Origin: a virus
Lineage: Duplodnaviria > Caudoviricetes
DNA length: 55,246 nucleotides
Virus record (IMG/VR): IMGVR_UViG_3300037424_001305
Coordinates: 1-55,246 of that record
Strand: one strand, 5' to 3'
The notes beneath the pieces were generated by a model that was not told the origin of the DNA, did no database searches, and was given only the letters and a program-made list of their open reading frames with translations. This document shows, in pieces, positions 9,547 to 18,578 of this stretch; position 1 is the first letter of the stretch; each line of letters starts with the position of its first letter. A program made the translations under genes and the position numbers.

Positions 9547-9922
9547 AGGGACTGGCTGTCAAGTCGATCGTGACAGCATCGACATCCGGCAGGACCTCGA
9601 AGCTGGCATCCTCAAAGGCCTCTACCTCTTGACTATTGATGTAGAGTCTGAGCCCGGTGCCGCGGACAATACCTAGGAGCTTGTCCCGGCACTCCTCAGA
9701 GCAACAAGGAGCCTCCTGGATCTCCTTTGCCTCACTGCTGACTCGCCAGCCCGTGGTCACCTGCCGACAGGCGTCACAGGTATAGACCCGGCCGCAGTAG
9801 GTGAGGCCAGGCTCGGGCTCCGGGTCAGGGAAGTCGACCACCTGGCCACGGCGTCCCATGGGGATGCTGAATCTGTACCAGACCTCCTGGACAACCTGCG
9901 GGTACTTGTCGTTGTAGTTCAC
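9422..9922 (-). CDS. Hypothetical Cys-rich protein
   Basis: CDAC and CCSEEC motifs; its 3' end overlaps the next gene. Confidence 0.5.
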   Translation of the reverse strand: MNYNDKYPQVVQEVWYRFSIPMGRRGQVVDFPDPEPEPGLTYCGRVYTCDACRQVTTGWRVSSEAKEIQEAPCCSEECRDKLLGIVRGTGLRLYINSQEVEAFEDASFEVLPDVDAVTIDLTASPCDATKEPYGPTDSISDAAAEPDPGGCASSTQPQGPAEPPRE

Positions 9923-10077
9923 GGGGTCTTCTTCTTGCGGCGCGGCTTCCTGGGTTCCGGCTCAGGTTCCGGCCAGGGAATCAACCGACCAGCCAGCTCT
10001 TCCCCGATGGTGGTAGCGGCCCCGATGACCACAGCCACCACGGCCGTAGCCGCCAGCTGAAGCAAGAACTCCTTCAT
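9919..10077 (-). CDS. Small membrane peptide
   Basis: Hand-read MKEFLLQLAATAVVAVVIG...RRKKKTP; 4-bp overlaps on both ends. Confidence 0.5.
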   Translation of the reverse strand: MKEFLLQLAATAVVAVVIGAATTIGEELAGRLIPWPEPEPEPRKPRRKKKTP

Positions 10078-10247
10078 CGGCGACTCCGTTCCCAGGCCTC
10101 TGCCCCCTCATCGTCCTGCTTCTTCAGGGCCGTACCGAGCAGGTCGTCCAGCTCCTTCTGGAGTTTGTCGACACGGAACTGGTTCTGGGGCTTCTCCTTC
10201 AGGGCCTCAGCCAGCTGGCTCATGGCGGTCTTGATCTTCTCGTTCAC
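10074..10247 (-). CDS. Small hypothetical protein
   Basis: Hand-read MNEKIKTAMSQLAEAL...; overlaps the thyX stop. Confidence 0.5.
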   Translation of the reverse strand: MNEKIKTAMSQLAEALKEKPQNQFRVDKLQKELDDLLGTALKKQDDEGAEAWERSRR

Positions 10248-11158
10248 TTGGCTTCCTCCTGGTAGTAGATGGGCATGTTCTCGCCCAAGATTTCCTTCCT
10301 GAACTGTTTCCAGCCCTTCAGATTGCCGGTAAGGTCGGGGGTATCGTAGAGGGCGGGCGTGGCCTGGTGCTCAGTAGGGCTGCTGTGCTTCATCTTGCCG
10401 CCCATGAGCCGGTCGAAGAGGTCCATGTCCTCCGTCCAGGTGGGCTCCTTCCCCTCGTGGTTGAGGTAGCTGACCCGAGCACAGCGAGCCGCGGACATAC
10501 GCTTGATAACCTCAAGCCCCTGGGGGCCCACACAGCGCCTACTGTAGTCCTCTGGGGTGATGTACGGTAGGTGCCATTCCCCGTAGTCAAGCCGCTTCGG
10601 CACGGAAGCCCGCATGGCCTCGTACACGGCACGGGCTAGGGCCTGCATCTCCGGCTGGGCGTCGGGGTGAATGCGGAGGCTGAAGAAGTTGCCCCACTCC
10701 GTGGCCGTGCAGACCACATTGATGTGCATCCAGGGCTCCAGGATACGGTTGGCGATCTGCTTGTGGAGGTCGAGCGCCACCAGGGCTCGGACGTGCTTCA
10801 CGGCCTCGTCACGGGCCTGGAGCCAACAGGTTTTCGCCACGAAACGGGGCGAGGGGGCATGCGCCGGAGGACCGGAGATGCCGTCCGGGAAGAACTCCTG
10901 GGGCTCAGCACTCAGCTCCTCAACCGCTTGCATTCCCCGCTGATTCTTGCCCCAGAAGACAGGCATCGCCGGGTCGTCAAGCACCCGCTGGATCATCTTC
11001 TCCACGGGGATGGCTCGGCTACTGCTGGCGTTCCTGCTGAAGACCCGGTGGGTCATCATTTCCGAATGGATGAACCGTGGGTACATTAAGGACAGCGTGG
11101 TAATACGCTTGTCCGTGGGGCTGATGCTGTCGGCGATGACGGTGGCTCGGATGGTCAC
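10244..11158 (-). CDS. thyX: Flavin-dependent thymidylate synthase (phage Thy1/ThyX-like)
   Basis: RFIHSEMMTHRVFSRNASSSRAIP, HKQIANRILEP, SAARCARVSY, HSSPTEHQA. Confidence 0.9.
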   Translation of the reverse strand: MTIRATVIADSISPTDKRITTLSLMYPRFIHSEMMTHRVFSRNASSSRAIPVEKMIQRVLDDPAMPVFWGKNQRGMQAVEELSAEPQEFFPDGISGPPAHAPSPRFVAKTCWLQARDEAVKHVRALVALDLHKQIANRILEPWMHINVVCTATEWGNFFSLRIHPDAQPEMQALARAVYEAMRASVPKRLDYGEWHLPYITPEDYSRRCVGPQGLEVIKRMSAARCARVSYLNHEGKEPTWTEDMDLFDRLMGGKMKHSSPTEHQATPALYDTPDLTGNLKGWKQFRKEILGENMPIYYQEEAK

Positions 11159-11287
11159 TTGCGGTCTCCGTAGACGGCCATGAAGGCGAAGTAGGCGACA
11201 CTGAGAATGAGGACGAGGCCCATAGGCACGGGGTCCATCAGCGTATCCACGATCCCGTCCAGGAACTCGTCAGGGGAGGACATTGTC

Positions 11288-11413
11288 TTAGTCTCCGGAG
11301 AAAAAGAAGAACAACCACTCGTGGACGAGAAACCACCAGATAGGAGCTGTCATCAGGAGCACGGTCCCAAGGGTCAGGAGGTCGAAGAGGAGGCTGATTG
11401 TTTTTGTCTTCAC
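11288..11413 (-). CDS. Small membrane peptide
   Basis: GTG start 7 nt after the CCGTTATAG motif; hydrophobic. Confidence 0.45.
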   Translation of the reverse strand: MKTKTISLLFDLLTLGTVLLMTAPIWWFLVHEWLFFFFSGD

Positions 11414-11420
11414 ACCAGTC

Positions 11421-11600
11421 CTATAACGGCTGGCAGCGACAGGCCTTCTCGGCAACTGCCATGGCTTCATATTCCGCAGCTGCATGGAGCCTGGTTCCTA
11501 TCAAGCAGCTCGGGCCATCCTCCAGAATCAACTGTGCGGCGATCCGGAGCCGGTAGGCCATGTCCAGGAAGAAGCAGTACCTACAGAGGCGCAGGCCCAC
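11421..11600 (-). CDS. Small hypothetical protein
   Basis: Hand-read MGLRLCRYC...CRCQPL*; GTG exactly 7 nt after the AATCT motif. Confidence 0.45.
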   Translation of the reverse strand: MGLRLCRYCFFLDMAYRLRIAAQLILEDGPSCLIGTRLHAAAEYEAMAVAEKACRCQPL

Positions 11601-11613
11601 GTAGACTAGATTG

Positions 11614-11826
11614 CTAGCGCTTCTGACCGGGCTTCAGGTCGAGGACCATCTCCTCAAACTTCCTCTTGGCCTCATTGAAGTCAGAGAAGACGATGTCCTT
11701 ACAGCCTTCAACTTCAATCCGGTACTCCCAGTGCCGAACCGGGTTAGCGTCCGTGGCTTCGTAAGCAAATACGAACCAAGCATAGCGACCATCAGCGAGG
11801 ATTTGAGTGTCCAAGAGATTCGTCAT
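11614..11826 (-). CDS. Hypothetical protein
   Basis: ORF, probable start MTNLLD. Confidence 0.5.
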   Translation of the reverse strand: MTNLLDTQILADGRYAWFVFAYEATDANPVRHWEYRIEVEGCKDIVFSDFNEAKRKFEEMVLDLKPGQKR

Positions 11827-12328
11827 CGAGCCCCTCACCGGGCATCAGCTGCCCTTTCCTTTCTTCGCCGCTGTCATCCCCCAGGTAGTTCACCGGTGCA
11901 TGACCCCGCAGCCACTGTCTCAGGGATTTTATAACGGCAAACTCAGCGATACCCAGGGCCTCCAGGTGCTCTTCCCAGTTGGGGCGTGGCACCACCCCGA
12001 AACCCTTGGGGTTCGGGTCCGCAATGACCACACAAGGCGGGTCACTGTAGAGCAGCTGCCCCTGTTTCCCCGCGGTAACGCAAAACCAGGCTTCCGTGGG
12101 CCGGCCTGCGCAGGTGGTGCAGTTTTCCATGGCGATCATGGAGACGGACCCGTTCACCTTCGGTGAACAGAAGATGGGGTCTCCTTGGCAGTCGAGGTCC
12201 AATCTGGTATCAGGATGGTCCTGCATGAAAACCTCCAGGTCCATGTCCTGGCCCCACTCGAAGAACAACTGCACGGCCAGTTCTTCTTGCTCGGCTTGCT
12301 CTTCGGGGGTCAGCGGCTCAGTGTCCAT
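11792..12328 (-). CDS. Hypothetical protein
   Basis: Start MDTEP with a GGAGG SD, downstream of the AATCT motif. Confidence 0.55.
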   Translation of the reverse strand: MDTEPLTPEEQAEQEELAVQLFFEWGQDMDLEVFMQDHPDTRLDLDCQGDPIFCSPKVNGSVSMIAMENCTTCAGRPTEAWFCVTAGKQGQLLYSDPPCVVIADPNPKGFGVVPRPNWEEHLEALGIAEFAVIKSLRQWLRGHAPVNYLGDDSGEERKGQLMPGEGLDDESLGHSNPR

Positions 12329-12353
12329 GGGGCCTCCATAGACTAGATTGCTG

Positions 12354-12956
12354 TCAGCTGTTGGTACAGGTGAAGGCATGGGCGAGTACTCGGTCGACGA
12401 TGGAGCCCCAGCCCTCCCTGAGGCCCTCCCTGGTCATGGCCCCGGTTTCCGGGGCCAACAGATGGAAGGCGTCCTGGTGGTCTCGGTTGTAAGGATACTT
12501 GAGGCCGAGGATGAGAGCCTGGGGGTTGTGGTGCCTGTACTCCCGGGCATTCAGCTGATAATCGTCGATGAGGACGTCCCCGCGGATCCGGTACTTCTGG
12601 CGGCAGAAATACACGTTGTCCCGGCTCAACCAGGGCAGGTGCTCGCTCAGCCACTCGTACTTTTCCCCCGGAGCCGAGGTGTTGGTGGCGCTGGATACGA
12701 TGAGGACCGTGTGGCCGGCATCGTGGATCTCCTTCAGGGACTCCAGGGCCCCGGGGACGGGCTTCAGGTCCCGGAAGAAGCCCGGGACCGTGAAGTAGTT
12801 GTAGCAGGTCTTCCCGTTGGGAAACTCGAAGTCCCAGCTGGAGATCAGGTCCCAGGGAGGGTTCGTGCCCGTGTCGGCCCCGTAGGCTTCCAGGCAGGCC
12901 CCGTAGAAGTCCGCGACGATGCTGTCCAGGTCGCAGAGAATAGTGAGCTTTCTCAT
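12354..12956 (-). CDS. 5'(3')-deoxyribonucleotidase (HAD, NT5C family)
   Basis: ILCDLDSIV HAD motif I; FFRDLKPVPGA, EKYEWL, GDVLIDDY. Confidence 0.85.
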   Translation of the reverse strand: MRKLTILCDLDSIVADFYGACLEAYGADTGTNPPWDLISSWDFEFPNGKTCYNYFTVPGFFRDLKPVPGALESLKEIHDAGHTVLIVSSATNTSAPGEKYEWLSEHLPWLSRDNVYFCRQKYRIRGDVLIDDYQLNAREYRHHNPQALILGLKYPYNRDHQDAFHLLAPETGAMTREGLREGWGSIVDRVLAHAFTCTNS

Positions 12957-13399
12957 CGGTTTGCTTCCTCGATAGCCGCCCACCTCCAGGTGTCCCAGCC
13001 GGTGTGGTCGACGTTTTCCCGGGGGCAATCCAGGAGGTGCAGAATCTCATGACTCAAGGCCGTATCTCTCCAGTCCCGTTGATCCAGGACGTAAATGCGC
13101 CCGAGGCAGAACGTCAGGCCCGCGACCTCCCGACCCCAGGAGACCCAGGACCCGGCATCCGTGGTGACTCTGCTGGTGGACCAGCCCCGGAGTCGCTCAC
13201 AGGCTGTCCGGGGGTCGGCGGGATTTTCACTGACCCAGGGCCTGAAGGCAGCCAGAGCCCGACCCTCGGCGGCCTGAAAATCGGAGCAGCTGTCGTTGAT
13301 TCCCTGACCCAGGAGCCGGAACCCGCAGACACTAGTACAGGTGCTGGCCTCCGGGGGTTGGCAAGCCGACAGTAGCAGCATCAGAATCCAGGGCTTCAT
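12953..13399 (-). CDS. Lipoprotein with HExxH zinc-metallopeptidase-like motif
   Basis: Lipobox LLLSAC; ALSHEILHLL. Confidence 0.6.
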   Translation of the reverse strand: MKPWILMLLLSACQPPEASTCTSVCGFRLLGQGINDSCSDFQAAEGRALAAFRPWVSENPADPRTACERLRGWSTSRVTTDAGSWVSWGREVAGLTFCLGRIYVLDQRDWRDTALSHEILHLLDCPRENVDHTGWDTWRWAAIEEANR

Positions 13400-13614
13400 T
13401 CCCTGTCTTCCTCAATCCAGGCATCCTGCTCGATTGCCATGACAGTAGCTAGAGCTACCTTGAGCCTGACTTTCAGCTCCGGGGACAACACATAGCTAGC
13501 GGTCCCGGCAGCCAAGAGGGCTGCCTGCGCGACCTCAAGGCCAGCCAGGACTCGGCCCCAGGCGATACCGCGGCGACGGTGCTGGAGGGCGGTAGGTCTC
13601 TTTGTAGTTGCCAT
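13396..13614 (-). CDS. Hypothetical protein
   Basis: ATG 7 nt after CCGTTATAG. Confidence 0.5.
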   Translation of the reverse strand: MATTKRPTALQHRRRGIAWGRVLAGLEVAQAALLAAGTASYVLSPELKVRLKVALATVMAIEQDAWIEEDRE

Positions 13615-13621
13615 ACAGATC

Positions 13622-13915
13622 CTATAACGGCTGGTCATCCTCCAGGAGCACGAGCGGGGGCCTAGTCTTCCCGCCGTTCCTGAACACCGCCAGACCCAAC
13701 TCGGAAACTGCGTAGCTATTATAGGGATTTGGGATACCGTCAGGCTGGGGCTTCTTCACCGCAATCCCCTTTTCTACCAGCTCTTCCCATTCCCGATCGT
13801 CAGGGCTGTTAGCGGTCGCGCAGAACCGGTTTCGGTAGTAAGGGTTCTTGGACCGGAAACCGAGCGCGTGCTCCATGAGTATCAGCTGGTAGGGGCTGAT
13901 GGCGAAGACGGTCAC
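13622..13915 (-). CDS. Hypothetical protein (possible winged helix)
   Basis: GTGA-coupled start; ends YAVSELGLAV. Confidence 0.5.
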   Translation of the reverse strand: MTVFAISPYQLILMEHALGFRSKNPYYRNRFCATANSPDDREWEELVEKGIAVKKPQPDGIPNPYNSYAVSELGLAVFRNGGKTRPPLVLLEDDQPL

Positions 13916-14133
13916 ATGACCTCCAATTTGTCTACAGGAGCCTGGAAGCAAGCCTTCACCTGAGTCGTCACCTTCAGGACCCTGGAATTACCCCAACGGC
14001 GGGCCAGTTGCTTCGCCTTCTTGGAGGCGGCCTCGATGTCCCGAAAGTCCCTGTCCCACTCGCTCCGCTGGGCGTAATTGTACGACCAGAACTCGACGAT
14101 GTACTTGGTGTCCTTGGAATTTCTTTTACTCAT
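13912..14133 (-). CDS. Hypothetical protein
   Basis: ATG 7 nt after CCGTTATAG. Confidence 0.5.
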   Translation of the reverse strand: MSKRNSKDTKYIVEFWSYNYAQRSEWDRDFRDIEAASKKAKQLARRWGNSRVLKVTTQVKACFQAPVDKLEVM

Positions 14134-14149
14134 ACCGACTCTATAACGG

Positions 14150-14800
14150 CTAGAGGCGATACTTCCGGATCCACTTCCGGTGTCCATAATCCTCGACCCG
14201 GAACAGGCGCCGGTCCCTGGCTAGCTTCTCCATCAGGCCCTGGAAAGAGGAGACCCCGTACCTTCTCTGAGCCCAGGCGTCCCTGTTCTTGTTTCGGGCC
14301 GCGTGTGCGTGCTCTTGCCTGATAGCCGGGTCCAGGGTCTTCTTTGCTTTGGCCAGGACGGTCTTGACGAAGGAGACCTTGACGCCAAGGCGGGCCGCGA
14401 TCTCCACCCGAGTCAGGGCCTTGTCTCGGAGGTCAAGAATCCGGTCCCGGATACTGTCGTCGACCTGACGCTGATTTGCCCTGACTTGGTCCGGGGACAG
14501 GCGGGCCCCCGCGAGGGTCAGCTGATACTCGACTACCTTCTTCTTCAGGGAGAGGGCCTCGGAGATTTCCTCCAGACTCTTGCCGGCTTGCCTTAGGGCA
14601 ATCAGCTCCTGCCTTATAGTTTCGGGAACAGGGACCCGGGACCTCGGGCTGACAAAGCCCCGGGACTTCAACAGAGAGCAGACACTGCTACCTGTGACCC
14701 CAAAGGCCCTACCGATGCTACGATAGGATTCCCCGGCATGGGCACGGACCAGGACGGCCTCTATCTGAGGCGCCGTCAGCTTGTGAGTGGCTTTCTCCAT
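14150..14800 (-). CDS. Triple helix-turn-helix protein (possibly truncated homing endonuclease)
   Basis: Three HTH repeats (SYRSIGRAFGVT, SLEEISEALSL, TRVEIAARLGVK); no nuclease motif seen. Confidence 0.6.
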   Translation of the reverse strand: MEKATHKLTAPQIEAVLVRAHAGESYRSIGRAFGVTGSSVCSLLKSRGFVSPRSRVPVPETIRQELIALRQAGKSLEEISEALSLKKKVVEYQLTLAGARLSPDQVRANQRQVDDSIRDRILDLRDKALTRVEIAARLGVKVSFVKTVLAKAKKTLDPAIRQEHAHAARNKNRDAWAQRRYGVSSFQGLMEKLARDRRLFRVEDYGHRKWIRKYRL

Positions 14801-14881
14801 CTAGTGCATCTATAACGCCACTCCCCGAATGCACGACCCCCAGGAGCCGGGGCTCGACCAATTGAAATGAATGAGACTCAT

Positions 14882-14923
14882 TCAAATTGATGGATAGGGC
14901 CCTCAAATTGATGGATAGGGCCC
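14882..14923. repeat. 21-bp tandem duplication TCAAATTGATGGATAGGGCCC x2, next to palindrome TGAATGAG-A-CTCATTCA (14868-14884)
   Basis: Read directly. Confidence 0.9.
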
Positions 14924-14934
14924 TGCTGAGCGGG

Positions 14935-16095
14935 CTAAGGCGCAGGCTGAACCACGGTGACGGCGTCGATGTTGACCGCGGTCTGCGCCAGGAGCCGGCC
15001 GTTGACCGTCGCGCCTGTTCGCAACGTGATGCCGGTCTGGCAGAGGACGACGCCCTCGACGTGCGCCGTGGTACCGACTTCGACCAGGCCGGAGACCTGC
15101 CAGAACACGTTCTTCGGGACTGCACCGCCGGTCAGGTGAACCTGCACGCCGCTGCTCAGGGTGAGGTCCTGGGCGATCTGGAAGATCCAGACGTCCGTGG
15201 CGCTCCCGTTGAGCGTCACGTCGGTGGGGATCAGCAGGCCGGTGCCCCACTTGTAGACGCCCGGGGCCAGGGTCATGCCGCCGATGTTCCCGGCGCCCAG
15301 CTCCGTGACGTCTGGCGCGCGCCCCGCCGCCTCGGTAAAGGCCGTCTCCATGTCACCGACCGCGGTGGTCAGGTTGGAAGGCGTCGGCACCGCGTAATCG
15401 GCCGCGTACACCTTCCCCGTCACCTGCGGGGAGGTGGAGAAGACATTCGTCGCGTCCGCCGTCAGCGAGAAGCCGGTGATGTAGCTCGCGGCCGCCGGGC
15501 TCAGCCCCAGGTTACCCGTTACGGCCGAGGTGGGAACGGTGTCGATACCGCTCTTGGCGAGGATGACAAAGGTGCCGGCTGTCCCCAGGTCCACCGGGAA
15601 GCCGGGGACCTCGGTGGTGCCGGTGCTGAAGGTCCAGGTGCGCGGCGCCGCCAGCGGCTTGCCGTAGGTGCTGGTGGCGCCGGTCGTCACCGTGGCCGTG
15701 AAGGTCGTGTTCGGCGCGAGGTGGGCCGCTGGCCACAGGTTCGCCACCGAGTTGGAGGACGTCACCGTCGCCGCGACGGGCACCGCCGGGTTCCCCGACG
15801 TCAGGGTGAAGGTCGCCGCCGTGAGGGAGGCGGGGCTCATCGCCTCGCTGAAGGTCGCGCTGATCCGCGCGTTGATGGCGACGTCGGTCGCGCTGTTCGC
15901 AGGCAGAGTGGAGAGCACCGTCGGCGTAGTCCCTGCGTCGGGTTGCGGGCCTGCATCCGGCAGCGTACCCGCGTCGGGTTGCGGGCCTGCATCCGTCGTG
16001 GATGCCGGCGGGCCGCAGTTGCACGCAGCCGCGAGAGACAGCATCAGTACGGCGACTGCTAGACGCAACAGCGTCGGGTTCGAGATCATTTTCAT
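14935..16095 (-). CDS. Ice-binding-like protein (DUF3494) with Ig-like domain, lipoprotein
   Basis: Lipobox LAAAC; DAGPQP/DAGT repeats; Ig-like PTVLSTLPAN..ISATFSEAM; DUF3494 motifs VDLGTAGTFVILAKSGI, TLAPGVYKW, DVWIFQI, KNVFWQV, GRLLAQTAV. Confidence 0.9.
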   Translation of the reverse strand: MKMISNPTLLRLAVAVLMLSLAAACNCGPPASTTDAGPQPDAGTLPDAGPQPDAGTTPTVLSTLPANSATDVAINARISATFSEAMSPASLTAATFTLTSGNPAVPVAATVTSSNSVANLWPAAHLAPNTTFTATVTTGATSTYGKPLAAPRTWTFSTGTTEVPGFPVDLGTAGTFVILAKSGIDTVPTSAVTGNLGLSPAAASYITGFSLTADATNVFSTSPQVTGKVYAADYAVPTPSNLTTAVGDMETAFTEAAGRAPDVTELGAGNIGGMTLAPGVYKWGTGLLIPTDVTLNGSATDVWIFQIAQDLTLSSGVQVHLTGGAVPKNVFWQVSGLVEVGTTAHVEGVVLCQTGITLRTGATVNGRLLAQTAVNIDAVTVVQPAP

Positions 16096-16161
16096 CGGTT
16101 CTCCCAGGTCGGGACGGCCTGGCGGGAACCGGGGGCGCCTGTTGTTTCTGTAAATCTAGGA

Positions 16162-16226
16162 ATTTACAGGTACTTCTAGTGGAGATTGTCCACTATTTAC
16201 AGGTGCTTCTAGCGGAGATTGTCCAC
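16162..16226. repeat. 32-bp imperfect tandem duplication of the capsid gene 3' end
   Basis: ATTTACAGGTACTTCTAGTGGAGATTGTCCAC and ATTTACAGGTGCTTCTAGCGGAGATTGTCCAC (2 mismatches, period 33). Confidence 0.9.
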
Positions 16227-17606
16227 GAGGACATTCTTGCGGGGCTGAAGGGCGCCGAGCGTCAGGAAGCGGAAGTACGCCTCCGGCTGGCTCAGCTCAG
16301 TCACCGCCAGCTTGAGCCGGCTGAAGGGGGCCAGCTCCTTCACCAGCAGGGTGTCGGTCTCCAGGAGGAAGCCGGTCACGAAGCCAGGCTGCTTGTTGCC
16401 GATGTCGATGAAGCTGGTGCTCGAAGTGCCCAGCTTCACGCGGCCGATGAACTTCAGGACGGTGGTTGAACCCGCGGCACCGCGGTACACGTTGAAGTGC
16501 GTCACGTTCGACAGGCCGGCGTGCGAGATCGCCAGGGTCACGCCGTGACCAGCGGTCACGATGGTCGCCGTCTGGACACCCGAAGCCGCCGACTCACCCA
16601 CCTCGTTGACCGCGGTCACCTTGTAGGTGTACGCCTGGCCGGCCAGGAAGCCGGTGGTCACGCCCGAGATGGCACCCGGGGTCGCCGAGGTCAGGGTCGG
16701 GGTCGCGGGACCGTTCGACCGCTGGCGACGGACGCCAGTCTTGCCGGACAGGAAGCGGCTCGCCTCCAGCTTGACCTCGCCACCCGAGGTCCACTGACGC
16801 TCCAGGTCGGCGCCGGACGCACCCTGAGCAGAACCCGCGAGGATGATGCGCTCTTTGGCGAAGCTGATCTTGTTGTGGTTCGACAGCACCAGGGGGTCGA
16901 CGAACAGGCGGTCGGCCTGGCCGTGGTTCATCTGGCTGCGAACCCAGGCATCCTCGACGTTCTCCTGGGTCAGGGTCGAGCCACCGGCAATCACGACCGA
17001 CTCGTCGCTGCCGTACTCGTTGAACATCAGGTCCTGGGCGTTCGCCATGAAGTCCGACTGGCGGATCTGCACGTCAACACCGAGCATGTTCGGCAGGTTG
17101 GGGATTGCACCCATGTTGCCGTCGAAGACACCCGAGTTCGAGAAGTCCGCCTTGCCGCGGAAGAGGTCGAACTCCACGTCACCGGCCAGGAGCTTGGCGG
17201 CGTCACCAGCAGCTCGCTCGTCAGCCTTCTTGCCGTCCACGGTCTGCACCAGCATACTGGGCAAGGTGGTGCGGCGGTGATGCGCGTAGTAGCACATCGG
17301 GAAGGTGATGCGCCGGTAGTCGCTGTCCTCGTTCTGACCGACCTGGCCTTCGAGGGCCGCCGAGGCACCGAAGATGCCGTAGCTGATCTGACGGTCGAAC
17401 TGAGCCAGGGTCGACTTGCAGCTCTCGCTCTTGATGACCTTCTGGAGCTTGATGTGCTTGTCGTCGTAGGTCGTGACCTCGATCGCCGAGGACAGATCCT
17501 CGACCATGAGGGCCGCGCCCTGCACGAGCCGCGAGGGCTGAGCATCATAGTTGCCGGCTTCCAGCGCCTTCACCAGCTGCGAAATGGTTTCGATTGCTTG
17601 AGACAT
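16209..17606 (-). CDS. Major capsid protein (SPO1/Twort-like, with FN3/Ig-like insertion)
   Basis: 465 aa; GAALMVEDLS...STLAQFDRQISYG, LFRG, YTYKVTAVNEVGES insertion; follows protease and scaffold. Confidence 0.9.
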   Translation of the reverse strand: MSQAIETISQLVKALEAGNYDAQPSRLVQGAALMVEDLSSAIEVTTYDDKHIKLQKVIKSESCKSTLAQFDRQISYGIFGASAALEGQVGQNEDSDYRRITFPMCYYAHHRRTTLPSMLVQTVDGKKADERAAGDAAKLLAGDVEFDLFRGKADFSNSGVFDGNMGAIPNLPNMLGVDVQIRQSDFMANAQDLMFNEYGSDESVVIAGGSTLTQENVEDAWVRSQMNHGQADRLFVDPLVLSNHNKISFAKERIILAGSAQGASGADLERQWTSGGEVKLEASRFLSGKTGVRRQRSNGPATPTLTSATPGAISGVTTGFLAGQAYTYKVTAVNEVGESAASGVQTATIVTAGHGVTLAISHAGLSNVTHFNVYRGAAGSTTVLKFIGRVKLGTSSTSFIDIGNKQPGFVTGFLLETDTLLVKELAPFSRLKLAVTELSQPEAYFRFLTLGALQPRKNVLVDNLR

Positions 17607-17636
17607 TTTCTCTCCCTTGTGTTCTTTCCTCGGGCC

Positions 17637-18545
17637 TTACTTCTCCAGGAGGCCCTCGATGTCCTTGAACTCGGTGTTGCCGAGCGTGTAGCTGAAGAGC
17701 TGATCCTTCTGGCTCTTGTTCAGCTTGTTGCTCTTCATGGTCTTGCTGATGCGGACCTTGATCTCGGCCGCCGTCGGGGGACCCCTGCGGGTATCCTCGC
17801 TCTTAGCCACCGGCTCCACGCCAGTGACAGCCTTGCGGATCGGGGTACCCAGCTGAATCTCGACGGCTCGGGTCAGCAGCTCAATCTGCTTCGCCTGGTC
17901 CTCGATCTGCGCCTTGAACGTAGCCTCAGACTTCTTGACGTCGTCCGGCACGGCGGGCTTCTGGTCCTTGAGAGCGTTGCCGCTCGCGGGAACAGGCTCC
18001 ATCTCACCCTTCATGGCCGGGGGCGGCATAGCGCTCGCGCTTGCCTCAGGACCCGGAGGCGCTCCGGCCTCAGGACCTGCCGGGGGAGCCATAGGAGGCG
18101 CACTGGCCTCAGGGCCACCCTGGCCGGCGCCCATCTTCTCGAAGAGGGCCTGCTTGACCGCCATGTAGTAGACCTTCAGGGTCTCGGGATCCATCTGGGC
18201 AAACTCTGCCTTCAGGGCCTCGGGGTCCATGGGACCACTCTCCTCCGCGGGAGCCGCACTGGCCTCCGGGGAAGCGCTCATCTCCGGGCTGCCTTCGGGA
18301 GCAGGTGATGCGCTGGGGTCGGTTGCACTAGCTTCAGGAGCACCCTCAGTAGCCGGAGGAGGCGGACTGCCGGCCTCGGCACCACTGGCCTCCGGGGGTC
18401 CGCCCGCGGCTGCACTGCCTTCGGGCTCACCCGGCGACTCCTCGGCCGCCTTCTTCAGGGCGCCCTGCTCGGACTTCAGAAGGTCCGTGAGTTCCTTCTG
18501 CGCCTCTGCGAGAATCGCCTTCAGTTCGGAATCCTTGAGCTTCAT
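17637..18545 (-). CDS. Putative scaffold protein
   Basis: Acidic Pro/Ala-rich low-complexity protein with coiled coil, immediately upstream of the MCP; many x-K-S/A sites. Confidence 0.7.
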   Translation of the reverse strand: MKLKDSELKAILAEAQKELTDLLKSEQGALKKAAEESPGEPEGSAAAGGPPEASGAEAGSPPPPATEGAPEASATDPSASPAPEGSPEMSASPEASAAPAEESGPMDPEALKAEFAQMDPETLKVYYMAVKQALFEKMGAGQGGPEASAPPMAPPAGPEAGAPPGPEASASAMPPPAMKGEMEPVPASGNALKDQKPAVPDDVKKSEATFKAQIEDQAKQIELLTRAVEIQLGTPIRKAVTGVEPVAKSEDTRRGPPTAAEIKVRISKTMKSNKLNKSQKDQLFSYTLGNTEFKDIEGLLEK

Positions 18546-18578
18546 AATCTCAGTTCCAGTCCAGGTGCACTCCCGAGC

